From Candidatus Obscuribacterales bacterium (GTDB lineage Bacteria > Cyanobacteriota > Vampirovibrionia > Obscuribacterales > Obscuribacteraceae), in NCBI GenBank assembly GCA_965228855.1, contig CBDDIJ010000002.1:1056001-1120000 (forward strand): a stretch of DNA of 64,000 nt, in the 5' to 3' direction. A program made the position numbers and the translations under genes. The notes below the pieces were generated by a model that was given only the letters and a program-made list of their open reading frames with translations, ran no database searches and was not told where the DNA came from. Positions 60,701-64,000 of this stretch are shown here, piece after piece. The stretch's first letter is position 1, and each line of letters starts with the position of its first letter.

Positions 60701-60975
60701 ACAATGGAAGCGAGGCTTGAACTGAGATCTAGATCGATCGGTGTTACCGAAGGGGCACTGTATGTGTTTATGACCGGCTGGTTGCGGCTTTCGTTTCTCA
60801 AATTCAGACGAGCCTGCGCGTTCTGCAGTTTCAAATTGTGGAAACCTACATGCGGCACGCGACCTTGGCGATCGAACTGATTGTCGTGTGCTAGTGCCGG
60901 CGCGGCAAATTGCTGGATTAGCACAGCCGAAGAGAACAGTTTCACTCCAAGCGAAAGCGACGTATCTTTATTCAT
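54772..60975 (-). CDS. Giant exported filamentous-haemagglutinin-like beta-helical repeat protein
   Basis: ~2070 aa, signal peptide (ALA), G/N/S/T-rich repeats (GGNIIL, GGSITL, NSGTISS), distinct globular C-terminal domain. Confidence 0.8.
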   Translation of the reverse strand: MNKDTSLSLGVKLFSSAVLIQQFAAPALAHDNQFDRQGRVPHVGFHNLKLQNAQARLNLRNESRNQPVINTYSAPSVTPIDLDLSSSLASIVIQQDMFRRGPSVTIQVGDSIKTIQQGDSVSAAEFVSFQQAQTGRGQTLTVDQSGKATGGTFSLSNLTSGRQANSIHNVVIPEAVQSVDRVNSRSQIDISGNLINYGTVSQTVRGNSGQAVISAQSIDNQATGTITTIDRSRASTVDLTMSTLADFDNAGTISSSGSLAIKSGGNLSNHGGNISAVHDISLESKNISNSGTISSQSGNIVLDSFNSQPLHVENNGGVLSASNGDIALRSAAYTGSANTTISGGDLLSRRLLINAGNGLADVNVEKLTGEVVSSGTAVHVNANTDNLIIGQQCLTGDPTYFNAAGNITLTGDISVGEALAIVASGSIVATSGVSLIQAQDGAGKGYDITIVAGANVTGNLAEQTTSLPPGTPTTGSISFTGASATGGSIDFNSAGATLAINSNSTAGNNAGGNIILAAYGINASTGNILLPSGSNIDASGNGTGVNGLVSIAAGATSGIGINIGSISHSGGTGAGNVFISNGNPEFLGNSSTVMTINSAGAITTGNFLVGSFVNPGNADIVINGDVMSSGRISVATDSTIDALGVLQSTATSLGIGLAAGDTISLYGDVLAPGGIGMFSGHDIVSAAPGLAIKTSATTLQSGALTIFAGAEFTTNGDSVSITGASATGGKIDFETNPITELRSAPVTTGSTFGITLAAFAGSDNSGDIRVPTNVPILSGTNGSGLDGTVKIVAGKTSGTAISVGDIDSTGSNPSPLPALGPGGVQLQTAQPYVAPSGNINISLQVAQIFSGDPFNTTSTLNTADISANDLKAVGAGIYVLAGNNVHLNNLTASSPSGSGGTAYITALGSTTLNIGSAGTNSVNSISANGTTNGGTIYLISNQDININSLSNILYAPGNGRGGTLFFDAGNGDIHLPTNLLSVQGTSGFNGGALTLKASDISITGLAPLALYADGIDGGAGGSITLELRGGQTNVSLGSDYLLSATGSFGANGGNINFKAAANQIVTISNGAVHAGTTALGTGGVISIEAGQLVADATQNVNLSVRQGDGAGSLSLHQLGTAPLTIGTANGQFSISAGSQILSQSNVSIITGGNLSVATNALNISPFAADAGGTNVTLVAGESGPGALLITGDLDVSGGSNSGASGNVVLQSNSSTAFEFGAKKGTNAILGTVIANGSSAGDLTVTNNGGGVTLSRDLLGFDSIAFSANNGSITLGNVLGNATTSQITLTVTGTGDITSKKSITANTLNLSTQTGVIGGKKALGVSAQTITANGGDSVNLSNTAAAVTLGASGSTAGEFIFESTGAIQINNAISGFNVILTSTGVDSIINLGAAGSVTTSNDGKIEISTGKGAGSSIQNDPASSGLSAGTIVLFADAGTIGSLATPIKTAAINLSLNAAGDVSANNSAAGPLNFVESTSKGNVSLTSDDLVTVNAKLSSALTIAIKSGAIVLNTSIGSTKSTNSIALQAVAGDITQASTKVKILTTESPASSVNFDSSLGGALGSSAVPLAVQTTNLIANAFAGSSGAINIASLAKKTTLELGTVAGGGDVNISASAGINIAGVTGKSVTIITGGGAMNLNSFASITSTDGEITLNNLGKGKGSSITLGFLSSVASFSTSIGGGTVQFVIGTLPPPLVTGTTPSGVTINGSGGTVFFNNGITTNGSSTINLINGNVIFSAGKAGPGAIIVNDAVSITADPPAPAPTLSATNTVARRGANYGQVLASQASAGVSSNDSLSVLPEIQPAISVGLTNTFDSQIQNAEMLLEIAGGQTGAHAFSLGEIGLINTISGSSSPILTATEFGTKFKKGWKSETELESGAIPGILETGFTSASSFNLQRGSILAAPEKDRCIETQFGSVKVGAGSIALVLAFSDGIAVYNLHDQNSNSVSVTAGGKRIKVLPGESAVIAKDSIGSLAEINPADAISHRYVSSQSLENGLKAFSSQYSIPSAMSAILPLRELMQSNQPHARRTAKQLLKTTAVLMHLQSGGSQFCRHPKPQVTCMAEL

Positions 60976-61096
60976 AGATAACTCCAATTAAAACTGCCCC
61001 AATCGCCGTGACTCGGACACAGGGTGCCCAGGCGAGATTGAGGTGGTGAGCGCAACGTGCAGATTATATTACTATGTCGCGAAACTTTCAAAACTA

Positions 61097-61180
61097 CTAC
61101 TATAGAGCTCCGCACAAGACGTGACTCGAAACAGGGCTGCTACTATAGAGCTCCGCACAAGACGTGACTCGAAACAGGGC
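61097..61180 (+). repeat. Perfect 41-bp direct repeat x2 (43-bp period)
   Basis: CTACTATAGAGCTCCGCACAAGACGTGACTCGAAACAGGGC at 61097 and 61140. Confidence 0.92.
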
Positions 61181-61224
61181 ATACGCCGAGACTCACACTC
61201 CTCGCCCTCCTTCGCGGCATTCGA

Positions 61225-61278
61225 TTGTCTACGACCGAATGCCGGAATTCGCGAAATCCGTCGCTCTCCCGTAGCCAA
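61225..61278 (-). repeat. 54-bp palindromic repeat, copy 7
   Basis: Reverse complement TTGGCTACGGGAGAGCGACGGATTTCGCGAATTCCGGCATTCGGTCGTAGACAA. Confidence 0.88.
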
Positions 61279-61389
61279 AGCCCGTCTTTTCGAGGCAACC
61301 GAGGAGGTTAAAACGTCGAAAGCCCATCTAGGCGTGCGCGGACGGCTTTGTGAGTATATGTCGGCATATAGTAGGCGGGGTGTGAGGGG

Positions 61390-61412
61390 CAGGAAGCCGG
61401 AAAGGCTTCCTG
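61390..61412 (-). terminator. Stem-loop downstream of the 61423-61746 gene
   Basis: CAGGAAGCC/GGCTTCCTG stem. Confidence 0.5.
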
Positions 61413-61422
61413 GTATTGCGTT

Positions 61423-61746
61423 TCATTCGTGGTCGGGCTTCAGGAAGATCCTGTTCGACCAGAAGCTTGCGGTTGTGAGACCGAGGGCACTGCCGCTGGC
61501 CATAGCCAGAAGCGTCATGGCAGTGTAGCCTGCGATGTAGGGATTCAACCCGATAGCGGAGAGCGCGTCGATGAGGACCTCGGACTCCTGTGCGTAGAAG
61601 ATAAGTCCGAGGTTGATGTACGCGATGGAGAGCCAAGTCACGAGGGGAGGAATCGGCCCGCGCGATGCGACGGATTTGCTGATCAGGATGCCGGCGACGA
61701 AACCAGCGCACGCAAACAGGAGAATGGCGATGTTGAGCTCGTTCAT
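61423..61746 (-). CDS. Hypothetical 3-TM membrane protein
   Basis: AAGG RBS, hydrophobic helices. Confidence 0.7.
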   Translation of the reverse strand: MNELNIAILLFACAGFVAGILISKSVASRGPIPPLVTWLSIAYINLGLIFYAQESEVLIDALSAIGLNPYIAGYTAMTLLAMASGSALGLTTASFWSNRIFLKPDHE

Positions 61747-61781
61747 GAACGTTTTCCTTGTTCTCGCGTTGAAGCAGTTGC

Positions 61782-62207
61782 TTAGCCGTGGAATGCCGGC
61801 TGTCTCGTATACTCGAGCCAGACGTTGATCTGCCCGTCGTCGTTGGCGTACGGGTTGATCTCCATCCGGATGCCCTGCGCCGCCAGCCGCTCGGTGGCAG
61901 CCGCCAGCACGCCGGGCGTCGGGTAGAAGTTGATGTACTGGTTGGTGCCCTTCGAGATCGTGCCGCTGCAGGTGCGACGGGCGAGTTCGGCGGCCATGTC
62001 GTCGACCCAGGCGAGCGGGTCGGTCGACTTGCCGGAGGCGGCGTGCTTGGCGAGAGCCGTGTGCACGACCGGGTCGAAGCGCGTGTTGATGTAGACGATG
62101 AGCTCATCGGGACCGCAACGGCGAGCGCTGCGTTCGATGGTGACGGGGTTGACGAGGACGCGCAGGTGTTTGACACCTGTGGGTTCGCCGATGGTTGCTA
62201 CAAACAT
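61782..62207 (-). CDS. Hypothetical protein
   Basis: AAAGG RBS before ATG at 62207; GC-rich third positions. Confidence 0.7.
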   Translation of the reverse strand: MFVATIGEPTGVKHLRVLVNPVTIERSARRCGPDELIVYINTRFDPVVHTALAKHAASGKSTDPLAWVDDMAAELARRTCSGTISKGTNQYINFYPTPGVLAAATERLAAQGIRMEINPYANDDGQINVWLEYTRQPAFHG

Positions 62208-62312
62208 GGCATTACCTTTCCTGTTTGAATGCCGTATAAGCTGCGCAGGCGCTGAGCAGAGAGGAGGCGACCGAAGCCGCCCCCTCTCTTGTCTCAACGG
62301 CTCATGCTGTTT

Positions 62313-62960
62313 TCAGAACAGCGTGAGCTGGTCCGGGTGGACCTTCTGCTTGCGGCGCCGAGTGCGCGGCTTTGCGAAGGTTCCGGTGGGCGGAACCTGC
62401 GCCGTCTTCGCCGCGACTGCCGGGGCGGAGGTGGTCACCGTCACGGTCACTGTCACCGTCGCCGGGGCTTCGGTGCTCTCCGGTGCCGTGGACGCGGTCG
62501 GTTTCGCCACTGGAGCGACGTCCGTCTTCGTCTCGACCGGCTTGACGACAGGCGCAGCAGCCTTCGTCGTCTCGGGTTTCGCTGCCAGCGCCGGCGCCTT
62601 CATCGTGAAGTTGCAGCCCCAGGTGCCGTCTGCGCGGACCCTGGCGGTCTGGTTCTTCAGTTGGGCGATGGCGTCGAAGCAACGGCGCGCCTTGATGGGG
62701 CGCTCGTCGAACGAGTCGTAGCGAACATCGCTGTCCGCCACAACGTTGAGGCGAAACGTCCGCCACTTCTTGCCGTCGAAGATGGCGGAGCGGAACTGCC
62801 CGGACCACACTCGAGCGCCAGGCTTGAGGTGGCACCAGAGCTTCATGTCGCCGACCTTGGCATTGCGCTGAACCAGCTCCCGTGACGGAAAGATTTCCGC
62901 CAGGGCACCAGTCACGAGCGTTCTGCCGGTCAGCACGATCGGTTCTTTGCTGTCTTTCAT
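62313..62960 (-). CDS. Hypothetical protein with Ala/Thr/Pro-rich C-terminal half
   Basis: AAGGAG RBS; ends in QLTLF. Confidence 0.75.
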   Translation of the reverse strand: MKDSKEPIVLTGRTLVTGALAEIFPSRELVQRNAKVGDMKLWCHLKPGARVWSGQFRSAIFDGKKWRTFRLNVVADSDVRYDSFDERPIKARRCFDAIAQLKNQTARVRADGTWGCNFTMKAPALAAKPETTKAAAPVVKPVETKTDVAPVAKPTASTAPESTEAPATVTVTVTVTTSAPAVAAKTAQVPPTGTFAKPRTRRRKQKVHPDQLTLF

Positions 62961-62984
62961 AGATGCTCCTTTCTTTTTTTGGAG

Positions 62985-63803
62985 TTAGGAAAAACTACTG
63001 GAGGCTTCCTCCGCCCTCGTCATCGTCGCCACTTCCCACTGCCGCTGAACTTGCGGTTGCGGGGCGATTTGACGCTGACGGCAGAGTCCTCCATCCATGG
63101 CGCTGACCAGCGCGCGACGAGCGTCCGTCTCGAGCTCTTCGAGTTGGAAGCGGAGCGCGTCGCTGTCGTTGAGCTGCTCCACCATGGTCTGGAGCAGTTC
63201 AGTCAGGCTGTCGTAGCGAGCCAACCAGCGGCGCGCATTCAGGAAAGTGGCGTCGCCGTCGAGCCTCACGGCATCAACGACTTCGTCCCCACCCAGATGC
63301 GAACGCAGCGCCAGATAAGTCGCCACTGCACGGTCCCAGGCTTGCGGCTGGTTGGTGCGTGCGCGCCCGACATACGCCTCGATTGCCGCCGGCAGCTCGT
63401 CAGCTGCCACAGCCTGGCGAAGCGAGTCGATCGCGCGTGCTGCCTCGAGCGTGAAAGCCGCCTGTCTCCAGGCGTCGACCATCTCGGGCAGTTCTTCGGG
63501 CTTCTCAGGCTCCAGCAGGTGGAGCAGGAAGCGCTCGGACAACACACGGCGGAGACCGTCGGTTTCGTCCGAGTTCAGGGTCATGAGGTCGAATTCGATA
63601 AGCCCGTTCGAGCGGCTCGTGTTGAGCGTTTCGATGAGCTCGTGATACGCGTCCTCGACCTGGTCGTCCAGCGCGAGATGTTTCGCGCGTGCTTCGCGCT
63701 GACCGTCAGAACCGTCTCGCTGCAAGGCGAGCCAGTCCTCTTTCGCGGTCTCGCGATTCTGCAGCAGCGTGAGCAGCTGCGAGATTTTGAGTTTGAGTGT
63801 CAT
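62985..63803 (-). CDS. Hypothetical helical protein
   Basis: GAGGAGG RBS, 272 aa. Confidence 0.75.
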   Translation of the reverse strand: MTLKLKISQLLTLLQNRETAKEDWLALQRDGSDGQREARAKHLALDDQVEDAYHELIETLNTSRSNGLIEFDLMTLNSDETDGLRRVLSERFLLHLLEPEKPEELPEMVDAWRQAAFTLEAARAIDSLRQAVAADELPAAIEAYVGRARTNQPQAWDRAVATYLALRSHLGGDEVVDAVRLDGDATFLNARRWLARYDSLTELLQTMVEQLNDSDALRFQLEELETDARRALVSAMDGGLCRQRQIAPQPQVQRQWEVATMTRAEEASSSFS

Positions 63804-64000
63804 GGTAATACCCTCCTCGAAGCGCAGCCCATCGAAGTCTCGCGACCTCGACCAACGCGCCTCATTTTTTTTTAGTCACGGTGAGTAAAACCGCATTCCG
63901 CTGTTGGCTGCGCACGCGCAACTTGCAACGAAACCGGAAAACCGTCTTCGCGTGCTAGCGAGAACGGTTTCTGGCTTTACGCCAGAGCGACACTTCACTG

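Noticed and set aside
63970..64000. GGCTTTACGCCAGAGCGAC as a possible eighth core
   Set aside because: Degenerate, cut by the window end, and no CTACTAT box 85 or 96 bp upstream.

Overview
64 kb of bacterial chromosome with no rRNA, tRNA, CRISPR array, transposase or integrase that I can recognise. The gene mix (TPR-tailed Ser/Thr kinase, multi-MshEN-like TPR protein, PsbP-like protein, giant beta-helical exoprotein, no photosynthesis genes) suggests non-photosynthetic Cyanobacteriota (Melainabacteria/Obscuribacterales-like); this is inference. Housekeeping genes are pyrB-pyrC, a frameshifted mnmG, lepB, pepA, pepN, htpX, an Xaa-Pro peptidase, MscS and a Kef-type antiporter. They are interleaved with visibly GC-richer gene blocks, an AT-richer block carrying a BrnT/BrnA-like toxin-antitoxin pair, and many secreted or low-complexity hypothetical proteins. 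The most striking unexplained signal is non-coding. Seven copies of an exactly 54-bp imperfect palindrome (TTGGCTACG-N36-CGTAGACAA) lie in five intergenic regions. Each copy has an inward-pointing CTACTAT box exactly 85 or 96-97 bp away, across a spacer conserved in length but not sequence. At four loci the outermost box lies 14-20 bp beyond the 3' hairpin of a GC-rich gene block.
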